Below, piece after piece: positions 29,273 to 38,947 of a stretch of 64,000 nucleotides of DNA. The stretch covers positions 3,312,347 to 3,376,346 of the forward strand of contig OZ220485.1 of the NCBI GenBank assembly GCA_965116065.1, read 5' to 3'. This stretch comes from Bryobacterales bacterium. Its GTDB lineage: Bacteria; Acidobacteriota; Terriglobia; Bryobacterales; UBA6623. The translations under genes and the position numbers were made by a program. Each line of letters opens with the position of its first letter. Within the stretch, counting starts at the first letter, position 1. Below the pieces are notes generated by a model. The model worked only from the letters and a program-made list of their open reading frames with translations. It had not been told where the DNA came from and did no database searches.

Positions 29273-30085
29273 ATGACGAGACGGCAGTTCGGAACCGGGT
29301 CGGCCGGAGCCGGATTGGCGGTGCTCATGCCCCGGGCGTCAAGCGCCCAGGCCGTTACCGAGTCCGCAGTCGACATCGAGACTCCGGATGGCGTGGCGGA
29401 CGGCTATTTCGTGCACCCGGCGAGAGGGAGCCATGCCGGTGTGCTGATATGGCCCGATGCCTTCGGTTTGCGGCCGGCAATGAAGCAGATGGCGAAACGT
29501 CTGGCCGGATCGGGGTACTCGGTCCTGGTCGTGAACCAGTACTACCGACTCAAGAGGCCACCGATCGTCAGCAGCACGGACTTCGCCAAGGTGCGAGAGA
29601 CGGTCCGCCCCCTGATGGCATCCCTGACTCCGGAAACTCACGTCGTCGACGCGAGAGCATTCGTGGCCTTCCTGGACAGCCAGCCGTCGGTTGATCGCAG
29701 CCGCAAGGTCGGCACGATGGGCTACTGCATGGGCGGGCCGATCACGATGCGCACGGCGGCTGCCGTGCCCGAACGGGTCGGTGCCGGGGCTTCGTTTCAT
29801 GGTGGCGGCCTGGTGACGGACCGCCCGGACAGCCCGCATCTTTTGGTGCCGAAGATGAAGGCCCACTACCTCTTCGCGATTGCCGAGAACGACGACCAGC
29901 GCCAGCCGGAAGCGAAGGATGTTCTGCGCGCAGCATTTGCCAGAGCCGGGCTGCCTGCGGAGATCGAGGTCTACGACGGTGCGATGCACGGCTGGTGTCC
30001 AACCGACACGCCGGTCTACAACGAGGCCCAGGCAGAGCGGGCGTGGAGCCGCTTGCTCGCACTGTTCGAGCGTGCACTCGCCTGA
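29273..30085 (+). CDS. Dienelactone hydrolase family protein (Tat signal)
   Basis: ORF 28952..30085; start at MTRRQFGTGSAGAGLAVL (29273). GVLIWPDAFGLRP, GYCMGG nucleophile elbow and GAMHGW at the C-terminus. Confidence 0.8.
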   Translation: MTRRQFGTGSAGAGLAVLMPRASSAQAVTESAVDIETPDGVADGYFVHPARGSHAGVLIWPDAFGLRPAMKQMAKRLAGSGYSVLVVNQYYRLKRPPIVSSTDFAKVRETVRPLMASLTPETHVVDARAFVAFLDSQPSVDRSRKVGTMGYCMGGPITMRTAAAVPERVGAGASFHGGGLVTDRPDSPHLLVPKMKAHYLFAIAENDDQRQPEAKDVLRAAFARAGLPAEIEVYDGAMHGWCPTDTPVYNEAQAERAWSRLLALFERALA

Positions 30086-30455
30086 CCCCAAGGTCGCGAT
30101 CGGGTCGCAGCGTGATACCGGTTTTTGCCCGATCCGGCATGCGGTTACACGATTCCCCACCGGAAGAACGCCCCTTGGCAATCCCCACCAATACATGCGG
30201 TGCGTCGTTGATCACATCGCACGCCCGTCGACTTCGTCTCAAGCCCTGTAGTTGGGAGGCTTGGACATCGCTGGTCGGCATCTAGCCTGAGGTGGGCCGG
30301 CATCGTCGCCAAGCGCCGAGACCCTCCCCCACCGCAATTCCTGAGCGGTGTTCATAGTTCCCTGCATGGGGCTTCACGTCTCCGCAGTCGATCCATCGCC
30401 GTCGGCCTGCTCGGCCCTTGAGTATCGCGCATATGGACCTGATAGAGTGACCCGA

Positions 30456-30908
30456 GTGCAGGATCTGTCGATTCGCCCCCTTGCAGCAAGCGACGAGCCC
30501 GGGTGGCGAAGGCTCTGGACGCTGTATCTGCAGTTCTACGAAAGCTCCGTTACTGAGGTGGTCTACCGAACCACGTTCTCGAGGCTACTGTCCGGAGACC
30601 CCCAGGAGTATCGATGCCTGGTCGCCACCCGGGCAGACCGGACAATCGGAATCGCGCATTTCCTGTTCCATCGACATTGCTGGAGCGTGGAGAATGTCTG
30701 CTACCTGCAGGATCTCTACGTGGATGCGGGGGACCGCGGAACCGGAGTCGGACGCGCCCTGATCGAGGGTGTCTACGCGGCGGCCGACGCCGCGGAATGT
30801 CCCAAGGTGTACTGGACGACCCAACACTTCAATACAGTAGGGCGTCACCTCTACGACCGCATCGGAGTGCTCACGCCGTTCATCCGCTATGAACGGCGTG
30901 GAGACTGA
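30456..30908 (+). CDS. GNAT-family N-acetyltransferase
   Basis: ORF 30348..30908; the start is probably an internal GTG (30447 or 30456). LYVDAGDRGTGVGRALIEGV is the acetyl-CoA-binding motif A (Q/RxxGxG/A). Confidence 0.75.
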   Translation: MQDLSIRPLAASDEPGWRRLWTLYLQFYESSVTEVVYRTTFSRLLSGDPQEYRCLVATRADRTIGIAHFLFHRHCWSVENVCYLQDLYVDAGDRGTGVGRALIEGVYAAADAAECPKVYWTTQHFNTVGRHLYDRIGVLTPFIRYERRGD

Positions 30909-31005
30909 CGCTTGGCGACCGGGATTGGGCCACCCGGTGGGGTGGCGGACCGGGTACTCGCCACAGCGGAGAACGGCATGCGGGAACCCCGGACTGTGCC
31001 AGACT

Positions 31006-32061
31006 ATGGCAATGACCTGCACTCGACGTGAATTCGCCGGCGCGAGTCTCGGACTTCTGGCGCCGGCGGCGACGGGCAGGCCGGCCGCTCCAGACCAGGG
31101 TATGGGAGTCGGAACGGCCGCCTACATGCAGCGCGCAAGGGCGGATCGTGACCTTGCCCCGTCGCAACGATTCACCGAAACACTGCGATTTCTCGAGCAT
31201 TGCGGGACGCTGGGAGCTCGGGGCATCCAGGCACCTCTGGTTTCACTGGACGAGGACTATTGCTCGAGACTCCGGGAGAAGGCGTCCGAGTACGGCATGT
31301 ACATCGAGGTCTCGTCCCGGCTGCCCCTGGACAGCGAGGGACTCGAGCTCTTCGAACGGACGGTACGGGCAACCCGGACCGCAGGCGCTTCCGTAATCCG
31401 GACCGTGATGCTCGGAGGTCGCCGATACGAGACATTCAAGACGCTCGCAGACTGGAACGAGTTCGCCCGGTCGAGTTGGAAATCCCTGACCCGGGCGGAA
31501 CCGATCCTCCGGAAGCACGGTATTCGGCTCGCCATCGAGAATCACAAGGACTGGCGTATCGACGAAATGCTGGGGATCCTCAAGCGCATCGACAGCCCGT
31601 TCGTCGGGGTGACCATTGATACCGGAAACAACCTCTCGCTGCTCGAGGATCCCCTGGACACGGTGCGGGCCTTCGCACCGTATGCGAACTCCGTTCACTT
31701 GAAGGACATGGGGCTCGAATCCTACGAAGACGGATTCCTGCTCTCGGAAGTTCCGTTCGGGGACGGCTGTCTCGACCTCAAGGCCGTCGTGGAATCAATC
31801 CGGTCGGTGCGCCCGGAGGTGCGGTTCACGCTGGAGATGATCACGCGGGACCCGCTGAAGGTACCCTGCTTGCAGGACGACTACTGGACAACGATGGGAC
31901 GGGTGCCCGGGCGCGACCTCGCATCGACCATGCGGACTGTTCGCGAGAAAGGGAAACCCCTCCCTCGCGTCAGCCACCTGCCACCCGAGGAGCAGATTCG
32001 AATCGAGGAGCAGAACAACCGCGACTGCCTGGAGTACGCCAGTTCGCACCTGGGACTCTGA
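31006..32061 (+). CDS. Sugar phosphate isomerase/epimerase (xylose-isomerase-like TIM barrel), Tat signal
   Basis: ORF 30889..32061; start at MAMTCTRREFAGASLGLLAPAA (31006). RLAIENH, TIDTGN and HLKD blocks of the AP_endonuc_2 fold. Confidence 0.8.
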   Translation: MAMTCTRREFAGASLGLLAPAATGRPAAPDQGMGVGTAAYMQRARADRDLAPSQRFTETLRFLEHCGTLGARGIQAPLVSLDEDYCSRLREKASEYGMYIEVSSRLPLDSEGLELFERTVRATRTAGASVIRTVMLGGRRYETFKTLADWNEFARSSWKSLTRAEPILRKHGIRLAIENHKDWRIDEMLGILKRIDSPFVGVTIDTGNNLSLLEDPLDTVRAFAPYANSVHLKDMGLESYEDGFLLSEVPFGDGCLDLKAVVESIRSVRPEVRFTLEMITRDPLKVPCLQDDYWTTMGRVPGRDLASTMRTVREKGKPLPRVSHLPPEEQIRIEEQNNRDCLEYASSHLGL

Positions 32062-32279
32062 GCAGTCGTTCGGACAGCGGGCGAACGCGGCCGTCCGTGC
32101 CCATACTCCTCTTCGTTGCTCCTTGTGGGATCAGTGTCCCGCTCCGAGCGAGAATAGGAATTGTCGCTTCCGTCCTCCGCCAGCGATCGACGCGATGTAA
32201 CTGGCGAACCAAAGGGTGCTGTCTGGAGAGTCCCTTCATATGGGATGGGATCGGTCCAGAGTCGCTGTAGGCACCGACG

Positions 32280-33119
32280 GTGAGACCGGATCCAACAGTC
32301 CTGCTCAGTGGATACGCAGTGGCCATCGTGCTCGCTGCGTTCCTCGGAATCTGGCTGGAGCACATCCTTCGCCTCACGCACACACGCATCCAGCTGGCCA
32401 TGAGCTTCGTCGCGGGCTTCATTCTGGGAGTGGCCCTGTATCACTTGCTGCCTCACAGCGTCGTACGGCTCCCTGGCTCCGACGCCCTTGAAGTGGCGAT
32501 CCAGTGGACAGCCTCGGGAACGATCCTGATGGTTCTACTCTTGCGCGTGTTTCGCTTCCATCAGCATGATGCCGGTTATGGAGCGTTCGCAGATCACGGC
32601 GACCATCGTCATGGCGGGTTCAAGGGTCACTCGTTCAGTTGGATCGGCGTCTGCGCAGGCATGGCGATCCACACCCTGACGGAAGGCACCGCTCTGGGTG
32701 CGTCCGTGCGGAGTGGCTTGCACGACCAGTACGGCCACTCCGCACTGGTTAGCTTTGGCATCTTTCTTTCGATCGTGCTGCACAAACCGCTCGACTCACT
32801 CTCGCTACTGGGACTGATGCGGATCTCGGGCATGCAGCACAAGCCCGCCATGGTCGTCACGGCCATGATTGCGCTTCTCTGCCCGCTCAGTGCCATTGCA
32901 ACCTACTGGGGAATCGGCCTGTTCGGGGCCGCAGAAGCGGACGCGATCGGTCGTGCTCTGGCATTCGGGGCGGGGGCGCTGCTCTGCATTGCGCTCAGCG
33001 ACTTGCTGCCCGAAATCCAGTTCCACGGCCACAACCGCTTTCTGCTGACCGCAGCTTTCGTGGTCGGAACTTTACTTGCGTACGCTCTACGCTATCTGGA
33101 AGGGCCACTGCTTCGGTAG
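32280..33119 (+). CDS. ZIP-family divalent metal transporter
   Basis: Polytopic membrane protein with HTLTEGTALG and HKPLDSLSL motifs. A His-rich cytoplasmic loop (FHQHDAGYGAFADHGDHRHGGFKGH) is typical of ZupT/ZIP transporters. Confidence 0.85.
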   Translation: MRPDPTVLLSGYAVAIVLAAFLGIWLEHILRLTHTRIQLAMSFVAGFILGVALYHLLPHSVVRLPGSDALEVAIQWTASGTILMVLLLRVFRFHQHDAGYGAFADHGDHRHGGFKGHSFSWIGVCAGMAIHTLTEGTALGASVRSGLHDQYGHSALVSFGIFLSIVLHKPLDSLSLLGLMRISGMQHKPAMVVTAMIALLCPLSAIATYWGIGLFGAAEADAIGRALAFGAGALLCIALSDLLPEIQFHGHNRFLLTAAFVVGTLLAYALRYLEGPLLR

Positions 33120-33535
33120 GCATATCGGCTGATCGAGTTGCATCCCGAGTTCGATGAGGTCGCTGAGATCGTGGGCCAGCCAGTCGAACTTCCAGATCAC
33201 AGGGGAGTCGGTGGCCCGCGGGAAATCGCGGGTAGTCTCGCAACCAGTGCAGTGATCAGTGAAGCTCCTATCACTGTCGTGCTTCTGCAGGCCCTTCTTC
33301 GGACATTCGCGGCATACCGCCCTGCCCGGCGTCGGGCGGGCAGGACGATGCCGGTGGCACCGAGGATGCGGGCGCTCTCAATGGGATCCTGGGATCCTCG
33401 TGGGCTCAGTGGGACCGGCGATGCCTGGGGCAGGCAGAACGGCCCGTCACCTGCGTCGCTGGGAGCGAGCTCCGGAGCAGGTCCTGGTCGCGTTACGCTA
33501 CCATTCCGTACAATGATGTTGTACAGGTTTAAACC

Positions 33536-34195
33536 GTGCATATGGACATGACGAGTTCGAACAGGATCATCGACCGTTCCAACTTGGTGCTGGCAGCTTT
33601 GGCAAGTGGGGGCGAGGGAACCCGCGTCAATGCAGTGCAGTTGCTGAACCTGATGCTGTTGATCGACCGTGAAATCGCGGACGATATCGGGGGACCGCAT
33701 TTCACGTTCGAACCGTACCCGTACGGACCGTACGATGCGGCGGTGCTGGAGACCGTCGAGAGTCTGGCAAGCAACGGCCATGTGTACATCGACGAAAGCG
33801 GCCCATGCTGGATGTGTCTGACGACTGAGGTCGGTTTCGGAGTGGGCCAGGAACAGTTGGCCGGGCTGCCACAGTCGGCGGCCCGGTTCGTGTCGGCGGC
33901 GAAATGGGTGCTTGAGCAGTCGTTCCGGTCCTTGCTGTCCGGCATCTACGAGCGCTATCCGGACATGGCCGTGAAGAGTAAGATTCCTCTCCGAGCATTG
34001 CGTCCTGCACGGCACTCAACACGGAAGAGGCTGCATCCCTTCCTGCGTGGCATGGCCCAGTCTGTGGGCATACTGCGGCGGCCAGGGGAATCGGACTTCA
34101 AGGACCCAGATCCGATCGCGAGCGATTGGCGGGCCGTGGGGGACGATCTGAGTTACGCGATGGAACAGGTGTCGCCGGATCTGGGGGCCGGATGA
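33536..34195 (+). CDS. YwgA / Panacea(DUF4065)-like winged-helix protein (antitoxin-domain-like)
   Basis: VNAVQLLNLMLLIDREIADDIGGPHFTFEPYPYGPYDAAVLETVESLASNGHV follows the 'KLQKLxYxxxxx...FxxxxYGPxSxxLxxxLxxLxxxGxI' pattern of YwgA/DUF4065 proteins. ATG 33542 is an alternative start. The antisense 272-aa ORF has no recognisable features. Confidence 0.5.
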   Translation: MHMDMTSSNRIIDRSNLVLAALASGGEGTRVNAVQLLNLMLLIDREIADDIGGPHFTFEPYPYGPYDAAVLETVESLASNGHVYIDESGPCWMCLTTEVGFGVGQEQLAGLPQSAARFVSAAKWVLEQSFRSLLSGIYERYPDMAVKSKIPLRALRPARHSTRKRLHPFLRGMAQSVGILRRPGESDFKDPDPIASDWRAVGDDLSYAMEQVSPDLGAG

Positions 34196-34346
34196 GCGAG
34201 GGCGATACTGCGGGCAAGGATGCTGCCCGGTCGTTCTGCAGCACGCGGAGGCGGCTGCAGACGGACGACTGAAGCCATCTGAAGGGCAAGTCGCGCCGGT
34301 TTTCTCGGCCATTGAGTACTATGCTGGGCCACTTCCGCCACCGCAG

Positions 34347-34682
34347 ATGCTGGCGCACTACGACCAGACCTTGCCGGGACTTGCCGACCGCATCGTCACG
34401 ATGGCAGAGGAGCAGTCCCGGCATCGACGTGAGATGGAGCGCGAGCAATCGCGACATGATTCCAGACTCGAATCTCGGGGGCAGATGTTCGGCTTCTCGA
34501 TCGCGCTGTTTTCGTTCGCTGCGGCGGGAGCCCTGATCGCGCTGGACAAGACGCTCTACGGGATGAGCGCGGTGGTGGCGGCTGCCGCCGGACTGTCGGG
34601 GCTGTTCGTGTGGTCCCGGTCTAGGTCGGGGCAGCAGGGGTCGGCACCGCCGGAGCGAGGCGAAGACGGTCGGAGAGACTGA
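34347..34682 (+). CDS. DUF2335 membrane protein (N-terminus possibly lost or frame-shifted)
   Basis: MLAHYDQTLPGLADRIVTMAEEQSRHRREME plus two TM helices is the DUF2335 core. The conserved 'GPLPPPQ' preceding it is encoded in-frame upstream (open from 34269) but has no start codon. Confidence 0.65.
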   Translation: MLAHYDQTLPGLADRIVTMAEEQSRHRREMEREQSRHDSRLESRGQMFGFSIALFSFAAAGALIALDKTLYGMSAVVAAAAGLSGLFVWSRSRSGQQGSAPPERGEDGRRD

Positions 34683-35464
34683 AGGGCGCTGTCCATCAGT
34701 TAAGAGGTATTGCGGCGTCCAGGTGCCGGCGACCGCCTGGGCCGATGTCGCGCCTATCCCGAGCAGGCTTTCGTACGCGGGATAGTGCTCCAAGGCGCGT
34801 CGGATCTCCGTGGCGCCGCGTGGAGGCAAGTTGCCGAAAACGAAGCACTGAGTGACGTTGCGAAGCTGGTCACGCATAGGACTGGTGCCGGCAGCTGGTC
34901 GCGTCGCCACACAACAGGAAACGAGTTCGCGTTGGGGCAGTCCAGATCCAGTTCTGCGCAATCGCCGAATACATACACGAGTTAGGCATGGCGGGGAGCA
35001 GGCTGACCGGCGCCAAGCGCTTCTCGTGGGCGTCGGTGCGACCGGTCATGGGAATATGGTGCCGTTGGCCGATGCCGGGAGCACAGGCATTCAGGACTCG
35101 GCGAGGCCGAGCGCCGAGGTCACGAACTGGATGCCGGTCATCGCAGTACAACGCGACCTCCTGGGGGGCCATTCGAGTGGTTCAGGGCTTAGTCGGCCGA
35201 CAGCCTCGTCACCCGACGGGTAACGGGGCGGGTCCTCCCGCTCACGGTGGATCCCGGCGATGCGGATGTACGTGGGCTTCTGGAGAGAGTATGGGGGACG
35301 TACTGGCGAGGGGCCGGTCAGTGGATCAAGAGGTTACGCCGGAACTGCCGTCCGCAGCGGCACCCCGGCCTTGGCAGCGGAACGCCGTCAGGGACGCGTG
35401 GCCGCACGCTGCTGGCGCCCCGTCAATCTGATCGCCCCGCGACTCCGTTCGGTTCTCGTTGTTA

Positions 35465-36205
35465 CTACTCCGTACCCGCACCCAGCACCTCGAGATCAAC
35501 CCGCATCTCGTGCCAAGGAGGCAGGCTCTGCAATGTCCCCATCGCCTGCAGTGGGACATCAATCTCCATACCTCCGTTTGGCGGCAACGGGTTGCTGATC
35601 ACCACATCGAACGTCGCCAACGGCGGCGCCTGCTCACTCGCCTCGCGGACCCGAAGCAGGGCAACGAACGCTACCGATGTCTCGTCGCGTGAGTGGTTGG
35701 TTACGTAGGCCCGTACATGCGCCTGATAGTTGTCGTCGTAGTACGGGCGAATGCCTGAGACCTCAACTGGCCCCAGCACACCGATCCCGAAGGCCTCCAC
35801 ACGAGAGACCTCGCCTTCGTCCGGCGTCTCAAGTCGGAGACCATCAATCCCATCCGACAAGATCACGGCTGCCAGAATGGCCCCGGCCAGAAGCCCGGCA
35901 AATAGGCCGGAATGCCACGGCCGTACATGCAGGGACGCACGCCGCTTCGGCGAGGCTTGGGAAGCTGCGGGCGGGGCGGGGTCGGCGTTCGCCTGCATCT
36001 CGGACTCCACCGCGGCGACGGGCGGCACTGCGCCGCGTCCCGGCTGACTCACCGACGATGCCGGGATCGCAACCGTTTCGTCGGGATCCAGAGAGTCCGC
36101 GGCCTCCGGGCGCTGCGGCGCACCGCACTGCGGGCATTGATCGGCGGCCACATCCACACTGGCACCGCATCGTGGACAGATGAAATCGAGCATATACCGA
36201 TCCAT
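35465..36205 (-). CDS. Zinc-ribbon, single-pass membrane protein (function unknown)
   Basis: N-terminal CPRCGASVDVAADQCPQCG zinc ribbon, Pro/Ala-rich linker, TM segment GLFAGLLAGAILAAVILS, then a ~110-aa beta-rich C-terminal domain. Confidence 0.6.
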   Translation of the reverse strand: MDRYMLDFICPRCGASVDVAADQCPQCGAPQRPEAADSLDPDETVAIPASSVSQPGRGAVPPVAAVESEMQANADPAPPAASQASPKRRASLHVRPWHSGLFAGLLAGAILAAVILSDGIDGLRLETPDEGEVSRVEAFGIGVLGPVEVSGIRPYYDDNYQAHVRAYVTNHSRDETSVAFVALLRVREASEQAPPLATFDVVISNPLPPNGGMEIDVPLQAMGTLQSLPPWHEMRVDLEVLGAGTE

Positions 36206-36399
36206 TCTGCCTCTTTCTGACCGTTGCAGTCACGAGCAAACCCGGACAGCCCAAGAGTCCACCCTTTTCCGCCGGATCCCGACGTGGTCGAGAGAGGCCC
36301 CGGAAACTGGACCGGCGCGCGACCTGCGACCTGTCGGTGATCCCTGGCCCGGATCGGCGCTGATAAGATGGAGTCCCGGCTCGACCCGAGCCGCCGTCT

Positions 36400-37881
36400 A
36401 TGCAAATCGTGGATGCAGGCTTGGCCGACCCGGAGACCATCGACAAGTTCGAGCCCGTGATTGGCCTTGAGGTGCATGTCCAACTCAAGACCAGGACGAA
36501 GATCTTCTCCTGTTCTACACACGCTTTCGGCAAAGCGCCGAATTCCCAGACCGACCCGGTCGTGCTCGGACTCCCGGGAGCGCTTCCGATCCTCAACCAG
36601 GAGGCAGTTTCGCTGGCCGTTCGTGCTTCCTTGGCGATCAACTGCCGAATCAACTCTCATTCCCGGTTCGCACGGAAGAACTACTTCTACCCTGACCTGC
36701 CCAAGGGCTACCAGATCTCCCAGTACGATCAGCCGTTGGCGGAGCATGGCTGGCTGGACATCCAATGGGACGGCGGGAGCAAGAGAGTCGGCATCACGCG
36801 ACTGCACATGGAGGAAGATGCCGGTAAGACCATTCATGACGGCTATCCCGACTCGGACCGGTACAGTTACGTGGACCTGAATCGAGCGGGCGCTCCGCTT
36901 TGCGAAATCGTGAGCGAGCCTGATATGCGCAGCGCGGACGAGGCAGTTGCCTATCTGAACGAGCTCAAGCAGATCATCCAGTTCTCTGGAGCTTCCGATT
37001 GCGACATGGAGAAGGGGCAGCTCCGCTGCGACGCCAATATCTCCATTCGCCCTCGCGGCGCGAGCGAGTTCGGGACGCGCTGCGAAATCAAGAATCTGAA
37101 TTCCTTCCGTTTCGTCAAGCAGGCGATCCAATACGAGATCGCCCGGCAGGCCGCTGTCGTCGAATCGGGCGGCACGATCCACCAGGAGTCCCGACTCTTC
37201 AACACGGCCACCGGCGCCACCTCCACGATGCGCGGCAAGGAGGACTCCCATGACTACCGCTATTTCCCCGAGCCTGACCTGCCGCCATTGATCGTCCCCG
37301 AGGAACGAATTCGGGCGATTCGCGACGAGATGCCGGAACTGCCGCCTGCCATGCGCACTCGGCTCGTCGGGGAATACGGCCTCTCGGACTACGACGCACG
37401 TGTCCTGACACTGACTGCCGCAACGTCCCGATTCTTCGAGCAGACAGTCCGGGCGTGCGGCAATCCTCGAGCCGCCGCGAACTGGGTGCAGGGTGAACTG
37501 ATGGGGGCGCTGAATACAGCGGGTATGGACATCGACCAGTCGCCGGTGAACGCCGAACGCCTCGGCTCCCTGCTCTCCCTGGTCGACAAGGGAACGCTCT
37601 CCGGCAAGCTCGCGAAAGATGTCTTCGCGAAGATGTTCGCCACCGGCAAGACTGCCGAGGAGATCGTCGAGGCGGAAGGGCTGCGACAGATCAGCGACAC
37701 CGGCGAACTGGAAGGGATCATCAGCAAGATTCTCGATGCGTCGCCCAAGCAGGTGGCCCAGTACCAGGGCGGAAAGAAGGGCGTGATCGGGTACTTCGTC
37801 GGGCAGGCCATGAAGGCGACCAGGGGGCAGGCCAATCCGAAACTGGTGAACGAGATGCTACGGAAGGCTCTTGACGCTTGA
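36400..37881 (+). CDS. gatB: Asp-tRNA(Asn)/Glu-tRNA(Gln) amidotransferase subunit B
   Basis: FEPVIGLEVHVQLKTRTKIF, DLNRAGAPLCEIVSEPD and a C-terminal YqeY-like tail (GKKGVIGYFVGQAMKATRGQANP) are all hallmark GatB blocks. Confidence 0.95.
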   Translation: MQIVDAGLADPETIDKFEPVIGLEVHVQLKTRTKIFSCSTHAFGKAPNSQTDPVVLGLPGALPILNQEAVSLAVRASLAINCRINSHSRFARKNYFYPDLPKGYQISQYDQPLAEHGWLDIQWDGGSKRVGITRLHMEEDAGKTIHDGYPDSDRYSYVDLNRAGAPLCEIVSEPDMRSADEAVAYLNELKQIIQFSGASDCDMEKGQLRCDANISIRPRGASEFGTRCEIKNLNSFRFVKQAIQYEIARQAAVVESGGTIHQESRLFNTATGATSTMRGKEDSHDYRYFPEPDLPPLIVPEERIRAIRDEMPELPPAMRTRLVGEYGLSDYDARVLTLTAATSRFFEQTVRACGNPRAAANWVQGELMGALNTAGMDIDQSPVNAERLGSLLSLVDKGTLSGKLAKDVFAKMFATGKTAEEIVEAEGLRQISDTGELEGIISKILDASPKQVAQYQGGKKGVIGYFVGQAMKATRGQANPKLVNEMLRKALDA

Positions 37882-38074
37882 CAACATTTGACGTGCAGGC
37901 CAGGGTCGGCAACCGGAAAATGCTGATAACAGTGGACGAGATTCCTTGTCGGCCCAGAGCGTCGATCTGGCAGTTCTCATGAGGCGCTGAAGGCGGTAGA
38001 CCTTAGCCATGGCAGTTCTCGGAGTCAGTAGTTACGGGCTTGACATCTGAGGGCGGACCAGCAATCATACTCGC

Positions 38075-38947
38075 ATGAGCTTGATCGATATCTTCCAGCG
38101 CTTCCCGCACCATGCGGCCTGTATCGCATACTTGGAAGCCACGCGGTGGGGCGACACTCCCACGTGTCCGCTCTGTGGCTCTGTGAGTGTCGCGCGCAAG
38201 GCAGACGGCGACCGGATCGGCCGGTGGAACTGCCATGATTGCAAGTCAAGCTTCAACGTGCTCCACGGGACAATCTTCCAGAAAACCAAGATCCCGCTGC
38301 AAAAGTGGTTCTTGGCGATCGGCCTGCTACTCAACGCCAAGAAGTCGATCTCGTCCTGCCAGCTCGCGCGCGACCTGGAGATCAACCAGAAGTCGGCGTG
38401 GTTCCTCGCCGTGCGCGTCCGCATGGCGAGCGATACGGACACGGCCCTGTTGCAGAGCATCGCTGAGGCCAATGAGTGTGACTTGGTCGGGAAGGGGCGG
38501 ACATGCAACAGGCGCGGCAGGGATCGTCCCGGCGGGCGAGGCCGGACCGAAAAGATGCCGGTCATCAGCATTGGCGAGCACGACGGTCAGGTCGTGTTAC
38601 CGCCAGCGAAGAAGTCTGAGATTATCGGGGCCAGCCTCAAGCAGTTCATCCTGGACCATGTAGATCCCGCCGGCGCGGTACTTAGATTGGATGCCTGCGC
38701 GGCCTTCAACAGCCGACATGCCGTTATGTGCCATGCGACGATCAACCACTCCGACCGGTACGTCAATCGCGAGTTCAACAACACCACTGAGTGTCTCCGG
38801 AGCTGCATCAAGCGCACACGGTACGGCTCGCATCATCACTCCAGATGCAAGGACGCCAGCCTCTATGTCGTTAAGCAGTGTATGAATTACTACGAGCGTG
38901 AGGTTGCCGACCGGTTCAAGCCGTTCCTCGTGGGGGCGGTTGCGTGA
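38075..38947 (+). CDS. IS1595-family transposase-like protein with degenerate catalytic triad
   Basis: N-terminal transposase zinc ribbon (CPLCGS...WNCHDCKSSFNVLHGTIFQKTKIPLQKWF). The ISXO2-like region reads AEANECDLVGKG where family members have xExDExYxGG (first Asp is Asn), then LRLDACAAF and FNNTTECLRSCIKR. Confidence 0.75.
   Translation: MSLIDIFQRFPHHAACIAYLEATRWGDTPTCPLCGSVSVARKADGDRIGRWNCHDCKSSFNVLHGTIFQKTKIPLQKWFLAIGLLLNAKKSISSCQLARDLEINQKSAWFLAVRVRMASDTDTALLQSIAEANECDLVGKGRTCNRRGRDRPGGRGRTEKMPVISIGEHDGQVVLPPAKKSEIIGASLKQFILDHVDPAGAVLRLDACAAFNSRHAVMCHATINHSDRYVNREFNNTTECLRSCIKRTRYGSHHHSRCKDASLYVVKQCMNYYEREVADRFKPFLVGAVA

Noticed and set aside
33093-33377. Open minus-strand frame encoding ...CHRHRPARPTPGRAVCRECPKKGLQKHDSDRSFTDHCTGCETTRDFPRATDSPVIWKFDWLAHDLSDLIELG... 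(paired CxxC motifs)
   Set aside because: It looks protein-like (a zinc-ribbon spacing), but the frame contains no ATG/GTG/TTG before its last ~15 codons. Its 3' end overlaps the ZIP gene. At best it is a start-less gene remnant, so it is not called.
33197-34015. 272-aa minus-strand ORF
   Set aside because: It is antisense to the YwgA/DUF4065-like ORF, which carries the recognisable FEPYPYGPY core. The composition is shadow-ORF-like.
34690-35230. Cluster of short ORFs (34754..34978 -, 34870..35172 -, 5' end of 34098..34961 -, 34852..35223 +, 34988..35431 +) in a ~780-bp gap
   Set aside because: I tried reading them as one frame-shifted gene (PIN, nucleotidyltransferase or DUF488-like) and found no convincing motif. 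The region is left unassigned; it may be a decayed gene.
37882-38074. Search for IS1595 terminal inverted repeats (compared with 40396..40734)
   Set aside because: I found only a local direct repeat, ggcagttctc (x2), on the left side. There was no inverted match to the right flank by eye, so no mobile-element boundaries are called.
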